Source of the DNA: Syntrophobacteraceae bacterium | Lineage (GTDB): Bacteria > Desulfobacterota > Syntrophobacteria > Syntrophobacterales > Syntrophobacteraceae | Assembly (NCBI GenBank): GCA_049964955.1 | Contig: JBMFWU010000005.1 | Span: 4,090-68,089, forward strand | Direction of reading: 5' to 3' | DNA: 64,000 nt | The notes under the pieces: model-generated | Told to the model about the DNA's origin: nothing | Databases searched by the model: none | Seen by the model: the letters and a program-made list of their open reading frames with translations, nothing else | Part shown: positions 28,585-38,425 of the stretch, one piece after another | How positions within the stretch are numbered: position 1 is the first letter of the stretch | How the letters are laid out: the number at the start of each line of letters is the position of its first letter | Program-made: the position numbers and the translations under genes

Positions 28585-30000
28585 GGATTTTTGCAGTTGC
28601 GCGGCCAGTTTCCGGGGTAGACCGTCGAAGCTCCCGTTGCTCATGCAGACGATGAGATCTCCGGAGCGGGAGAAATCTACCAGGAAGTCGAGCAGTTCAT
28701 CGGTGCCAGGGAAGAATCGGGCGTCTTTCCCGTGATTCTTAATGTCTTCGACGAGGCGGGCTGCGTCAAGCCTTTCCTCCCCCGGGATCGAGTCCATGGC
28801 GGGGGGCTGTTTTATGCAGACGAGGTCGGCTGCGGAAAAGGCCCCCGCATAAAGCTGCTGGAAAACATTTCGCCTGCTGGAGTTGCTCCTCGGCTCGAAG
28901 GCGGCAATGAGGCGCCGCGTGGGGTGGAAGAGTTTGAGCGCGAGAAGCGTTTCCCGCACCGCCGTCGGGTGATGCGCGAAGTCGTCCATTATCAGAACGC
29001 CTCCGAATTCTCCCACTACGTCCTGTCGCCTCTTTACTCCGCCAAAGGTGAGCACCGCCTCCTGAATGGATTTGAGGCTCATTCCCGCAAGGGTCGCAGC
29101 TGCAATGACCGCTGCGAGGTTCCAGGCGTTGTGCCTGCCGGGCAGCTTCGAACGAAACGTTTCCTCCTTGAGCGTCACGGGGTTTCGCAGTTGGAAAGAC
29201 ACCTCCCCGGGGTGAAACTGTACCTTTGAGATTCTCCAGTCGGCCCGGTGCGATTCGCCGAAGGTGATGACGGTTCCCTTGCACTCGGAGGCGAGGGGGA
29301 CGCAGTTGGGGTCGTCTGCATTGAGGATGAGGAAGCCGTCTTTCGGGATGAGGCGAACGAAGTCGCGGAACGCCTTGAGCACGGCTTCGAGGTCTTTAAA
29401 AATATCGGCATGGTCGAATTCGATGCTTCCCACTATTCCGATGTGGGGCTGGTAATGGAGAAATTTCGGCCCCTTGTCGAAAAAGGCCGTATCGTATTCA
29501 TCGCCTTCCACCACCATGTATTCGCCCGTCCCCAACCGGTAGCTTGCGCCCCAATCCTTTAGGAAAGCCCCGATGAAGGCGCGCGGGTCCTTGCCGCCCT
29601 GCTCAAGGACCCATGCCAGAAGGGACGACGTCGTGCTCTTGCCGTGAGTTCCGGCAGCGACGATGCTCTTGCGCCCGTCCAGAAAGAACCTCGAAATCGC
29701 CTGGGGCATCGAAAGGCAGGGTTTGCCTTGCGCCATGACAAACTGCGCCTCCGGATTTTCCCGCCGTATGACGTTGCCCATGACGAAAAGATCAGGGGCG
29801 AACCTGCCGGGGTTTTCCGCCGAGAAGCCCTCGAAAAGCGGAATCCCCAGGTTTTGAAGATGCGTGCTCATCGGGGGATAGAGGTTCTGGTCGGACCCCG
29901 CCACCTCGAACCCGCTCTCCTTGAGCATTGTCGCCAGGGTGCCCATCGCGATCCCACCGATCCCCACGAGGTATATTTTCTGTACACCTTTAGTTTCCAT
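28555..30000 (-). CDS. mpl: UDP-N-acetylmuramate:L-Ala-gamma-D-Glu-meso-DAP ligase (murein peptide ligase)
   Basis: 481 aa. KIYLVGIGGIAMGTLATMLKESGFEVAGSDQNLYPPMS, GTHGKSTT. The last about 9 codons (VGVGPRTPT*) lie inside a REP element. Confidence 0.85.
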   Translation of the reverse strand: METKGVQKIYLVGIGGIAMGTLATMLKESGFEVAGSDQNLYPPMSTHLQNLGIPLFEGFSAENPGRFAPDLFVMGNVIRRENPEAQFVMAQGKPCLSMPQAISRFFLDGRKSIVAAGTHGKSTTSSLLAWVLEQGGKDPRAFIGAFLKDWGASYRLGTGEYMVVEGDEYDTAFFDKGPKFLHYQPHIGIVGSIEFDHADIFKDLEAVLKAFRDFVRLIPKDGFLILNADDPNCVPLASECKGTVITFGESHRADWRISKVQFHPGEVSFQLRNPVTLKEETFRSKLPGRHNAWNLAAVIAAATLAGMSLKSIQEAVLTFGGVKRRQDVVGEFGGVLIMDDFAHHPTAVRETLLALKLFHPTRRLIAAFEPRSNSSRRNVFQQLYAGAFSAADLVCIKQPPAMDSIPGEERLDAARLVEDIKNHGKDARFFPGTDELLDFLVDFSRSGDLIVCMSNGSFDGLPRKLAAQLQKSVGVGPRTPT

Positions 30001-31219
30001 GCAGAAGCTCTTTCATGACGAGATCGTGCAAGACGGGCCTGAATTGCCGGATTTCGTCGTTTTGGCGTGTCGGGTGGACACGGTTGGTAAGAAGAATGAT
30101 CAGGATACGCTTTTCGAGATCGAGCCAGAAAGAGACGCCGGTAAAGCCGAGGTGGCCGACCGCGTTTTGTGTAAAAAACCGTCCCGTACTCGAATACCCC
30201 TTGCGGCTCGGCGTGTCAAAACCAAGGCACCAGTCGCTTTCTCCGGACCGGATCCAGAACGTTCGCAGAGTTCGTGCTTTGATGGCGGGAGCAAAAGAGG
30301 AGGGGGGCGCATCCCCTTCGTAGAGACCCCACAGGAAGGAGAGAAATTGGAAGACCCCCCTGGCCGTTCCGAAAAGACCGGCATGGCCTGCGACCCCACC
30401 CAGCGCCCAACCGTTTTCATCATCGACTTCGCCCGAAAGCAGCCTCTTTCGCCACGGACAAAACTGCGTAGCGGCGGCTGCGGCTGGCGCCGCTGCCGGG
30501 ATGCCCGCTTGCAAAATAGCCGCGGGCGAGGGGGGGGCCGGCGCCGCTGTGGAAGGGGGCGCGTCGGCTTCGAGCGGGCGGAAATGGAGCTCTTCGATGC
30601 CCAGCGGAGAAAAGAGAAGGTCGCGGGCGAGAGAATCGAGGCTTGCGCCAAAAATCCGCTCAAGGATCAGCCCGAGCAGCATGAATCCAAGATCGGAGTA
30701 GTTTGCGGCTATGCCCGGCGGGGTATCGAGAGGGATGTTGAGGATCATCGCGGCGAGCGCCTCTTTCCTCTCGGGGGAAGGCAGCTTCACCAGTTCCAGG
30801 TAGAAAGGCGCCCAAGCGGGAAGCCCGGAGGAGTGGGAAAGAAGACTCCGTACGGTGATTGTTTTTTTATCCTCCGGGACGCGACCGGGAAAAAACCTCG
30901 AGAGGGGACCTTCCAGGTCCAGAAGGCCTTTTTCGATGGCCGTCATGCAGAGGGGGGCCGTGACCATGGGCTTGGTGAGCGAGGCGAGATCGAATCTCAC
31001 GGTTGAGGTGACCGGGGCGCCCCCCGTTTGTACCGTCCCCCACGTACGTTCGAACAGCCGTTCGCGGTTTTGCGCAACGAGCAGGGATGCCCCTGAAAAA
31101 ACCCCTCTTGCGAGGGCTGCCGCAAATTCGGCATCGAGGCGGGAGCGCCACTCAGCGGATAAACGGGGATTCGAGTATGGCGAGCACACGTTCGTTCGTA
31201 TCCAGTAAAAAGGGCGCAC
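29990..31219 (-). CDS. serine hydrolase, beta-lactamase/AmpH-like family
   Basis: FDLASLTKPM (SxxK), YSDLGF (YxN-like), GGVAGHAGLF. Start uncertain (ATG 31219 or GTG 31189; both overlap the ldcA end). Contains an Ala/Pro low-complexity insert. Confidence 0.75.
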   Translation of the reverse strand: MRPFYWIRTNVCSPYSNPRLSAEWRSRLDAEFAAALARGVFSGASLLVAQNRERLFERTWGTVQTGGAPVTSTVRFDLASLTKPMVTAPLCMTAIEKGLLDLEGPLSRFFPGRVPEDKKTITVRSLLSHSSGLPAWAPFYLELVKLPSPERKEALAAMILNIPLDTPPGIAANYSDLGFMLLGLILERIFGASLDSLARDLLFSPLGIEELHFRPLEADAPPSTAAPAPPSPAAILQAGIPAAAPAAAAATQFCPWRKRLLSGEVDDENGWALGGVAGHAGLFGTARGVFQFLSFLWGLYEGDAPPSSFAPAIKARTLRTFWIRSGESDWCLGFDTPSRKGYSSTGRFFTQNAVGHLGFTGVSFWLDLEKRILIILLTNRVHPTRQNDEIRQFRPVLHDLVMKELLHGN

Positions 31220-32057
31220 CCAGCGGGATCACGTCATTTCTTTCGCCGTGGCCGAAAGGAAAGCCGCAAACGACCGGGAATCCGCAATCGCTTACGTGCT
31301 CCAGGATCATCGCGTATATGTCCTCTTCCCGACCGCACCGATCGAAGTTTCCGAGAACGATAGCGCCAAGTTTTTGCAACACCGAGGCCAGTCGTAAATG
31401 GTTCATCATCCGGTCGAGCCGATAGAGGGCTTCCCCGCAGTCTTCGATGAGAAGGAGCGCCCCTGTGGTGTCGGGCATGTACGGGGTCCCAAGGAGGCGG
31501 GTAAGGCAGCTCAGGTTTCCCCCTAAAACCGGGCCCTCGACCCTGCCGGGTTTTAGGACCTGTTCGGGACCAAACGTCCAGTGGAAGGAAGATTGCCCGC
31601 AGAGAAGATCGAGGACGGTTTGCGTCTTGTTCTCCCCTGTGCTCATTCCGATAAGGTTTGGGCCGTGGAAGGTGGTCCAGCCGGCCCTGGCCGCGAGGCC
31701 AAGGTGGAGAAAAGTGATGTCGCTGTGGCCGAGGAAGATTTTCGGGGCCGCGCGTAAGTTTTGGAAAGCGATCAGGGGAAGCAGTCGCCCGCTGCCGTAG
31801 CCGCCGCGAATGCACATAACGGCCTCGATCGTCTGGTTCGTGAGCGCTTCGGTCAAGTCCTCCAGGCGCTCGCGGTCCGTTCCGGCAAGATACCCCCGCC
31901 TTTTGAAGGCGCGTTTACCGGGGACTACGGTGAATCCCGCTGCGCGCAGGATGCGCATTCCCTCTTCGCACTGCTCCGTATCAAAAGTGCTTGCGGGTGC
32001 TACCAGGGCAACACCGCTTCCCGGACCAAGTTTTTGGAATCCTGCTTTGCACTTCAT
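31152..32057 (-). CDS. ldcA: LD-carboxypeptidase (muramoyltetrapeptide carboxypeptidase)
   Basis: 301 aa. VALVAPAS, GYLAGTDRERLEDL, IRGGYGS, FLGHSDITFLH are peptidase S66 signatures. Confidence 0.85.
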   Translation of the reverse strand: MKCKAGFQKLGPGSGVALVAPASTFDTEQCEEGMRILRAAGFTVVPGKRAFKRRGYLAGTDRERLEDLTEALTNQTIEAVMCIRGGYGSGRLLPLIAFQNLRAAPKIFLGHSDITFLHLGLAARAGWTTFHGPNLIGMSTGENKTQTVLDLLCGQSSFHWTFGPEQVLKPGRVEGPVLGGNLSCLTRLLGTPYMPDTTGALLLIEDCGEALYRLDRMMNHLRLASVLQKLGAIVLGNFDRCGREEDIYAMILEHVSDCGFPVVCGFPFGHGERNDVIPLGAPFLLDTNERVLAILESPFIR

Positions 32058-32839
32058 CAGGAAACACGCCGGACCTTGTTGCGCTCGAAAATGATTCTCA
32101 GGCCGTTCAAAATAAGATACTCGTCCACCTCATCGATCAGCGGGCACTCGCTTGCGATCAGCGCGGCCAGCCCTCCGGTTGCGATCACGTACATGGGGCG
32201 GTCCACCTCTTTTTTTATCCTGGTGATGATGCCTTCGACCAGGCCCGCATAGCCGAAAACAATCCCTGCGTTCATCGACGAAATGGTGTTTTTGGCCAGA
32301 ATGGAGGGGGGACGCGCGAATATCTCCACCCGCGGCAGCTTGGAGGCCTTCTGGAAAAGGGCCTCGCACGAAATCATGATGCCGGGGCTTATCACCCCCC
32401 CCATGTATTCGCCGCGCTCGGAAACAAAGTCGAAGGTCGTCGCCGTTCCGAAATCGACGACAATGACCGCATCTTTTCGCCTCTCAAAGGCCGCAATGGC
32501 GCTTACGATCCTGTCGGCGCCCACTTCCCTGGGATTGTCGTAGAGGATGGGCATGCCGGTTTTGATGCCGGGGCCGACCAGAAGCGGTTCGATTCCGAAA
32601 TATTTTCGGCAGAATCGCTCGGCGGAGTTTAATACCGGTGGGACAACGCACGAGATGATGACGTCGGTTATCCTGTCGAGTTCGATCCCATGTGCGGCAA
32701 AGAGGCTGCGAACCGTTATGGCGTACTCGTCGATGGTCATGTTGACCTCGGTTCGAATGCGCCAGTCGTGCACGAGAACTTCGTCTTCGAATAAACCCAG
32801 TACGGTGTTGGTGTTTCCTATATCTAAAGCGAGAAGCAT
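32057..32839 (-). CDS. coaX: type III pantothenate kinase
   Basis: MLLALDIGNTNTVLGLF, VVDFGTATTFD, GGLA motifs. Confidence 0.9.
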   Translation of the reverse strand: MLLALDIGNTNTVLGLFEDEVLVHDWRIRTEVNMTIDEYAITVRSLFAAHGIELDRITDVIISCVVPPVLNSAERFCRKYFGIEPLLVGPGIKTGMPILYDNPREVGADRIVSAIAAFERRKDAVIVVDFGTATTFDFVSERGEYMGGVISPGIMISCEALFQKASKLPRVEIFARPPSILAKNTISSMNAGIVFGYAGLVEGIITRIKKEVDRPMYVIATGGLAALIASECPLIDEVDEYLILNGLRIIFERNKVRRVS

Positions 32840-32852
32840 CGACGCATCCTGT

Positions 32853-34214
32853 TCAGTGTTCGCCGTTCATGTGCCGCTGAATGCACGAGGCCATTGAGGA
32901 GGCGACCTCATCGATGAGCGCGGAATCGGCCCCTTCGACCATCACGCGGATGAGCGGTTCGGTTCCCGAGGGCCGAATCACGATTCGTCCCCTGCTCCCC
33001 AGCCGCTCTTCCATGCTGCGCTGGAGTACACCGATTTCCGGGACTTCGTCGATGGGCTTTTTGACCCCCACAGGGACGTTTACAAGCTTTTGCGGATAGT
33101 GTTCCATGATTTTTTTGAGTTCGGAGAGCGGGCGGCCTTCCCGAAGCATCACGGCCAGAACCTGGAGCGCCGAAAGAATGCCGTCGCCGGTTGTGGAATG
33201 ATCGAGAAAAATCATGTGGCCCGACTGTTCGCCCCCGAGATTGAAGTTGTTTTTGCGCATGTGTTCGACGACGTACCTGTCGCCCACCGGGGTCCTCACC
33301 AGATTGCCGCCCCGGGCGCGCAGCGCCACTTCAAATCCGAGATTGCTCATAATGGTCGCAACCACGGTATTCTCCCGGAGCGTGCCGCGTTCGAGGAAAT
33401 GGTTGGCGCAAATGGCCATGATCTGGTCGCCGTCGAGCACCTCGCCGTGTTCGTCGGCAAGAATCACCCGGTCTGCGTCGCCGTCGAGGGCGAAACCTGC
33501 GTTGGCGCCGCTGTCGCGGACAAGTGCCGCCATATTTCCGGGGTATAGGGCCCCGCACTCTTTGTTGATGTTCTTTCCGTTGGGCCGGTCGCCGGTCAGC
33601 ACGACTTCGGCGCCCAGTTCCTCCAAAACTGCCGGAGCGACCCTGTAGGCGGCCCCGTTGGCGCAGTCAATGACGATTTTCAGCCCTTCCAGGGTCAGGT
33701 CCCGGGGGAAGGTATTTTTCAGATAGACGATATAGCGGCCCTGGGCGTCGTCGATTCGCCGCGCACGCCCAATGCCTGAGGCCGGAGGCTTGGGAAGCTT
33801 GTCTATCTCGCCGCTCAAAACCAGTTCTTCGATGTAGTTTTCAGTTTCATCGGGAAGCTTGAACCCGTCGCTTCCGAATATTTTGATTCCGTTATATTCG
33901 TACGCATTGTGGGAAGCCGAAATGACTATTCCCGCATCGGCGCGCATGCTGCTTGTGAGATAGGCGATGCCGGGCGTAGGCAGAGGACCGACCAGCAAAA
34001 CATCCACCCCCATCGAGCTGATCCCCGATGTGATGGCGTTTTCGATCATGTAGCCGGAGATGCGCGTGTCTTTTCCGATGATGATCTTGGGACGCCGGTG
34101 CTTGTTTTTAAAGATATAAGCGGCGCTCGCCCCCACTTTCATGGCCAGTTCGGTGGTCATGGGGTAAACGTTTGCCACACCCCGAATTCCGTCGGTTCCG
34201 AAAAGCTTTCCCAT
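32853..34214 (-). CDS. glmM: phosphoglucosamine mutase
   Basis: [28 protein letters not shown] (phospho-Ser loop), DGDADR, GGEQSGH. Confidence 0.95.
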   Translation of the reverse strand: MGKLFGTDGIRGVANVYPMTTELAMKVGASAAYIFKNKHRRPKIIIGKDTRISGYMIENAITSGISSMGVDVLLVGPLPTPGIAYLTSSMRADAGIVISASHNAYEYNGIKIFGSDGFKLPDETENYIEELVLSGEIDKLPKPPASGIGRARRIDDAQGRYIVYLKNTFPRDLTLEGLKIVIDCANGAAYRVAPAVLEELGAEVVLTGDRPNGKNINKECGALYPGNMAALVRDSGANAGFALDGDADRVILADEHGEVLDGDQIMAICANHFLERGTLRENTVVATIMSNLGFEVALRARGGNLVRTPVGDRYVVEHMRKNNFNLGGEQSGHMIFLDHSTTGDGILSALQVLAVMLREGRPLSELKKIMEHYPQKLVNVPVGVKKPIDEVPEIGVLQRSMEERLGSRGRIVIRPSGTEPLIRVMVEGADSALIDEVASSMASCIQRHMNGEH

Positions 34215-34276
34215 AGTGTCTCCATAGAAGAGGAAGAAAAGAGCCTCTCAGCAATCGGCAAAAGCCTGGCAGCCGC

Positions 34277-35146
34277 TCAGGCCGAAAAGCACCCGTCCCG
34301 CACCGCTTCCGCAACCCGAATCGCCTCCCGATGAAAAGCGACGTCGTGAACTCGCAAAATATGGGCGCCGCCGGCAACGCCAAAGGCATTGACGATGGCG
34401 GTCCCCAGTTCTCTTTCCATCTCCGGGCGCCCGAGGATCGCGCCAAGAAACCTCTTGCGAGAAGCCGCGAGCAGAAGGGGGCGGTCCATGCAGGAAAAGG
34501 TGTCGAGATCTCGTATGATTGTGAGATTGTGCGTGACGGTCTTGCCGAAACCTATCCCCGGGTCCACGATGATCTGGCTGCGCTCCACGCCGTTTGCTAG
34601 GGCGTACCGCATGCGTTCCTCCAGAAATGCGATGATTTCAGAGAGGACGCTCTGGTAGAAGGGGTCGACCTGCATGGTTTTCGGGATGCCCAGCATGTGC
34701 ATCAGGATGAGCGGCGCGCCGGAGCGGGCCGCGATTCCCACCATGTCCGGATCGAACTGAAGCGAGCTTACGTCATTTATGATGTCGGCCCCGGCCTCGA
34801 GCGCTTTGCGCGCCACTTCGGCCTTCGTCGTATCGATCGAGATGGGGATGTCGCTTTTTTTGCGCACCTCCCGGATGATCGGGATCACGCGTTCGAGTTC
34901 GAGCTCGACAGGCGCCGGTGCCGATCCGGGCCGTGTCGATTCTCCCCCTATGTCGAGGATATCCGCGCCGGCAGAAATCATCTCGAAGGCGTGGGCGAGC
35001 GCCCGGTCGTAGTCGTCGAAACGGCCTCCATCGGAAAACGAGTCCGGGGTTATATTAAGAATGCCCATAATGAGCGTTCGCTCCCCCAGTTCGAGGACCC
35101 GGTCCCGGAGCTTTATCCGATAGCGCTTGCGAATGGATACGGCCAC
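34277..35146 (-). CDS. folP: dihydropteroate synthase
   Basis: IMGILNITPDSFSDGG, DIGGESTRPG, SIDT. Start inferred at GTG 35146 (AGGA about 9 nt upstream, 26 nt after the upstream stop). The track ORF start at 35245 would overlap the upstream gene. Confidence 0.85.
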   Translation of the reverse strand: MAVSIRKRYRIKLRDRVLELGERTLIMGILNITPDSFSDGGRFDDYDRALAHAFEMISAGADILDIGGESTRPGSAPAPVELELERVIPIIREVRKKSDIPISIDTTKAEVARKALEAGADIINDVSSLQFDPDMVGIAARSGAPLILMHMLGIPKTMQVDPFYQSVLSEIIAFLEERMRYALANGVERSQIIVDPGIGFGKTVTHNLTIIRDLDTFSCMDRPLLLAASRKRFLGAILGRPEMERELGTAIVNAFGVAGGAHILRVHDVAFHREAIRVAEAVRDGCFSA

Positions 35147-35171
35147 GCTTGGCGTTCCTTTCTCATGGAAA

Positions 35172-35615
35172 TCATCTGGCGGAGACGATGGAAAACTGCC
35201 GAAAGTAGAGAGAACTGCCCAGCACAAGGGCCAGCCCCATCGCAAAATAGACTATAGCGGCAAGGTCCTTGGGGATCGACGAGTGGCGTATCGCATACCC
35301 CATCCCCATCATAAGAGGGATGAGAAAATAGACCCGTTTGGCCTGAAAGGCGAAAAGGCAAACCACCTCCGGTTTGCAGCCGATCCTTTGAAGGTTCCTG
35401 CTGACAAGACGCGAGAGGGCAAAAAAATACATCCCCATTCCCATGGCGACGCTCAGAGCGGCAATGCCGATTCTCAAGGGCCACGTGGAATAGTAGAGCC
35501 AATAGCACGCAACCGTCATCAGCCCCACGCCCACGGCGGACCATTCGATTCCGGCTGCGAAAAACAGCCAGCGCCGACGCACCGCCGGCTTGTATTGTTC
35601 AAAGGTCATCTTCAT
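35172..35615 (-). CDS. hypothetical integral membrane protein (about 4 TM)
   Basis: Start ATG 35615 (MKMTFEQYK) with GAAGGA RBS. Four hydrophobic segments. No family recognised. Confidence 0.55.
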   Translation of the reverse strand: MKMTFEQYKPAVRRRWLFFAAGIEWSAVGVGLMTVACYWLYYSTWPLRIGIAALSVAMGMGMYFFALSRLVSRNLQRIGCKPEVVCLFAFQAKRVYFLIPLMMGMGYAIRHSSIPKDLAAIVYFAMGLALVLGSSLYFRQFSIVSAR

Positions 35616-35627
35616 ATTTTCCTTCGG

Positions 35628-35676
35628 GCAACCAGCAACTAACAACTAACAACCAGCAACTAGCAACCAGCAACTA
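35628..35676 (-). repeat. heptanucleotide array, family B (7 units)
   Basis: Plus strand GCAACCA GCAACTA ACAACTA ACAACCA GCAACTA GCAACCA GCAACTA. In minus sense this is TAGTTGC TGGTTGC TAGTTGC TGGTTGT TAGTTGT TAGTTGC TGGTTGC. The first TAG is the hypC stop. The array ends 12 nt before the next gene's ATG. Confidence 0.9.
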
Positions 35677-35904
35677 ATCATGATTGGCGAACGCGGCCAT
35701 CTCGCGGAGGAGGCGAAGCGATTCTTCGGCTTCCGCGGGGTCTACCACATGAAGCGCAAAACCCGCATGCATTATGACAAAATCCCCGAGCTGCGGCTCT
35801 TGCGACAAAAGCAGAAGGGAGGCCTTTCTTAACGAGTCTCCAATCCGCACGGTCGCAACCCCGTCTTCGATCTGCACCACCTCACCCGGAATGGCCAGGC
35901 ACAT
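35674..35904 (-). CDS. hypC: hydrogenase maturation chaperone HypC/HupF family
   Basis: 76 aa starting MCLAIPGEVV, the invariant HypC N-terminus. Confidence 0.9.
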   Translation of the reverse strand: MCLAIPGEVVQIEDGVATVRIGDSLRKASLLLLSQEPQLGDFVIMHAGFALHVVDPAEAEESLRLLREMAAFANHD

Positions 35905-35966
35905 TGCGTATCCTTTTCTAAATAGTGTCCATCCGCAAACCCGATCTCACGTGCGGACCGGACCGG

Positions 35967-36063
35967 ATTTCCCCCCTTTATCAAAAGGGGGGGGGATTTG
36001 ACGGAAGTTCCAGCTGATTTCCTGAGAAAATCCCCCTAAATCCCCCTTTTTCAAAGGGGGACT
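35967..36063. repeat. two C-run/G-run hairpins
   Basis: CCCCCCTTT-atc-AAAAGGGGGG (35971-35995) and CCCCCTTT-ttc-AAAGGGGG (36042-36060), plus the half-copy AAAATCCCCCTAAATCCCCC. They lie between the hydrogenase protease stop and the hypC start. Confidence 0.7.
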
Positions 36064-36097
36064 TGGGCCAGCTCTGCGCATGTCTCCGCGGTTGACT

Positions 36098-36613
36098 TTA
36101 AAGCGCCCGGGCGGTCCTGGCGGGCTGTTCCGCTCTTTTCCAGGAGCCTCCCGCCTTTTCGATTTCTTTCAAGACCGCCGAGACGATATCCTCCAGACGG
36201 TTTCGCACGGGGTCGCTCAAGTGGGTGTTGACCGAAGTCCACTCTGCGGGCTCGATTCCGATCACCACCGTTTCGGGCTTGCCTCCCAGTTCTTCGGCAA
36301 AAATCAGGGTCTCCAGGACATTCAGCTCATGGAGCGAGGATTTGTAAGGGATTTTTTTGAAAAAATCCTTCTCCTCGATTCGGTAGATCGTCCCGGGCTC
36401 CCCGCCAATGCGCACGATATCGACAACTATGGCGGCCCCTGCCCGGGCAAACGGTTCGAGGAGCCGCAACCCCAGGGTCCCCCCGTCGTAGAGTTCGACG
36501 TTCGGGGAAAAAACGTATTCGTCTTCGAGCTTTTCGATGACCCGAACCCCCGTGCCTTCGTCTCCCAGCAGCAGGTTCCCCACCCCGAGCACCAGTATAT
36601 GTTTTTCAGACAT
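36098..36613 (-). CDS. [NiFe] hydrogenase maturation endopeptidase (HyaD/HybD/HynC-like)
   Basis: 171 aa. ILVLGVGNLLLGDEGTGVRVIEKL and the downstream HE..L motif. Confidence 0.9.
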   Translation of the reverse strand: MSEKHILVLGVGNLLLGDEGTGVRVIEKLEDEYVFSPNVELYDGGTLGLRLLEPFARAGAAIVVDIVRIGGEPGTIYRIEEKDFFKKIPYKSSLHELNVLETLIFAEELGGKPETVVIGIEPAEWTSVNTHLSDPVRNRLEDIVSAVLKEIEKAGGSWKRAEQPARTARAL

Positions 36614-36726
36614 CTGGAGAGTGCCTCATCTGTAACGGGCAACAAAAAAGGGAATCCGGCCGACTCACCCCGGGAAGTGGCGCAAGCGCGGTCCGAATCC
36701 CCTAATAGATACTCAAAAAGCCGGTC

Positions 36727-38379
36727 TTAGACAACTTCAAACTTGTAGATTTCGTCGTTCTCCGCGTCGATCAGGTGCACCGCGCAGGCGATGCAGGGAT
36801 CGAAGGAGTGAACGGTGCGAAGTACTTCCACGGGTCTTTTGGGATCGGCTACCGGGGTGCCCAGAAGCGCCTCCTCAACAGGGCCCATCTTATCGGCCGC
36901 ATCGCGCGGGCCGAGGTTCCACGTGGAAGGAACAACCATCTGGTAGCTCGCGATCTTTTTGTCCTTGACCGTGATCCAGTGGCCGAGCGCGCCGCGGGGC
37001 ACATCGTTTAAGCCAACGCCGGTGCCGTCTGCCGGCATCTTTTCCCATGGCGTGGCATCGCAGATGTTGAGATCGCCCTTCTTGATGTTGTCGACCAGCT
37101 GGCCGAGCAACGTTCCCACCGCGTCTCCCACGACCTTGGTCTCGATGCCTCTGGCCGCGGTCCTGCCCAGGGTGGAGAAAAGAGCCTCCTTGGGCACCGC
37201 AAGCTTTTTCAACACCATATCGACCGTTTCCTTAACCGCCGGGACTCCCTTGCCGTAGGCGATCAAAACGCGGGCGAGCGGCCCCACTTCCATGGGCTCG
37301 TTCTTGTAGCGCGGCGCCTTGATCCAGCTGTAGCGTTCCTTCAGATCGAGTTCGGTGAACTCGGGCTTGGTTTCGCCGTGCGCAGGATTCAACCCCTTGG
37401 GGTCGCCTGCATACCAGCTGTGTTTGATCTGCTCGGTGATCAGCTCGATATCGACCGGTTCGACTTTGGCCAGGTTGCGGTTGAAGATGACGCCGCGAGG
37501 CATGAGGAAATCATCGGGTTCCTTCGGCCCCATGGGGAAGTCGCCGTAGGAAAGAAAATTCTTTGTGCCCCCGATCTTGCCCCAGTCCTTGTAGAAGGCG
37601 GCAACCGTCAAGAGATCCGGGATGTAGACGTTGTTGACAAAGTCCATGGTCTCTTGCCACAGATACTTGAATTCGGCGATCCTGTCGGGGGAAAGGTCCT
37701 GCGCGCAGGTCACCCCGCCCAGGGTCATGCTCTGGGTGTGCGGGTTTTTGCCCCCGAAGATGGCCATGAGCCGCGCGGTGCGGGTCTGCTGGCGAAGCGC
37801 CGCGAGATAATGGGCAACGGCAAGCAGGTTGGCTTCCGGCGGAAGCTTGTAGGCCGGATGCCCCCAGTAGCCATTGGCGAAGGGGCCGAGTTGGCCGCTT
37901 TCGACGAATTTTTTGAGCCGTTTTTGCACTTCAAAAAAATCGTTTACGCCGTCTCCGTGCGCGTTGGGGCTTATCTTGACGGCAAGTGCTTCGGTCTTTT
38001 TCGGATCGGCCTTCAGCGCGCTCACGATGTCCACCCAGTCGAGCGCATGGAGGTGATAGAAATGGACAAGATGGTCGTGGAGATATTGGGAGCCGTGGAG
38101 CAGGGTGCGGATGATGCGCCCGTTATCGGCCAGTTTGGCCCCCATGGCGTTATCGACCGCGCGGCTGGAAGCCAGGCTGTGCACGTAGGTGCAAACGCCG
38201 CAGGCGCGCTGCGTGATGAGGTTGGCGTCCCGCGGGTCCCTGCCCTGGAGGATGATCTCGATGCCGCGGAAAAGGGTCCCGCTGCTCCAGGCGTTTTTCA
38301 CCTTTTTATTTTCCACCTCCACTTCGATCCTGAGATGGCCCTCGATCCTGGTGATCGGGTCTATTACCACTCGTGCCAT
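36727..38379 (-). CDS. [NiFe] hydrogenase large subunit (group 1, periplasmic uptake type)
   Basis: 550 aa. DPITRIEGHLRIEV, RACGVCTYVHSLAS (N-terminal CxxC) and SFDPCIACAVH (C-terminal CxxC followed by the His cleavage site). Cys, not a TGA/Sec codon, at the Ni ligand. Confidence 0.95.
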   Translation of the reverse strand: MARVVIDPITRIEGHLRIEVEVENKKVKNAWSSGTLFRGIEIILQGRDPRDANLITQRACGVCTYVHSLASSRAVDNAMGAKLADNGRIIRTLLHGSQYLHDHLVHFYHLHALDWVDIVSALKADPKKTEALAVKISPNAHGDGVNDFFEVQKRLKKFVESGQLGPFANGYWGHPAYKLPPEANLLAVAHYLAALRQQTRTARLMAIFGGKNPHTQSMTLGGVTCAQDLSPDRIAEFKYLWQETMDFVNNVYIPDLLTVAAFYKDWGKIGGTKNFLSYGDFPMGPKEPDDFLMPRGVIFNRNLAKVEPVDIELITEQIKHSWYAGDPKGLNPAHGETKPEFTELDLKERYSWIKAPRYKNEPMEVGPLARVLIAYGKGVPAVKETVDMVLKKLAVPKEALFSTLGRTAARGIETKVVGDAVGTLLGQLVDNIKKGDLNICDATPWEKMPADGTGVGLNDVPRGALGHWITVKDKKIASYQMVVPSTWNLGPRDAADKMGPVEEALLGTPVADPKRPVEVLRTVHSFDPCIACAVHLIDAENDEIYKFEVV

Positions 38380-38425
38380 GATTGCTTCTCCTTATATGAT
38401 AAACAGATCGCTCAAAATTCGGCTC

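Noticed and set aside
36727-38379. Possible [NiFeSe] hydrogenase or selenocysteine recoding
   Set aside because: The C-terminal Ni-binding motif reads DPCIACAVH with ordinary Cys codons. There is no in-frame TGA.
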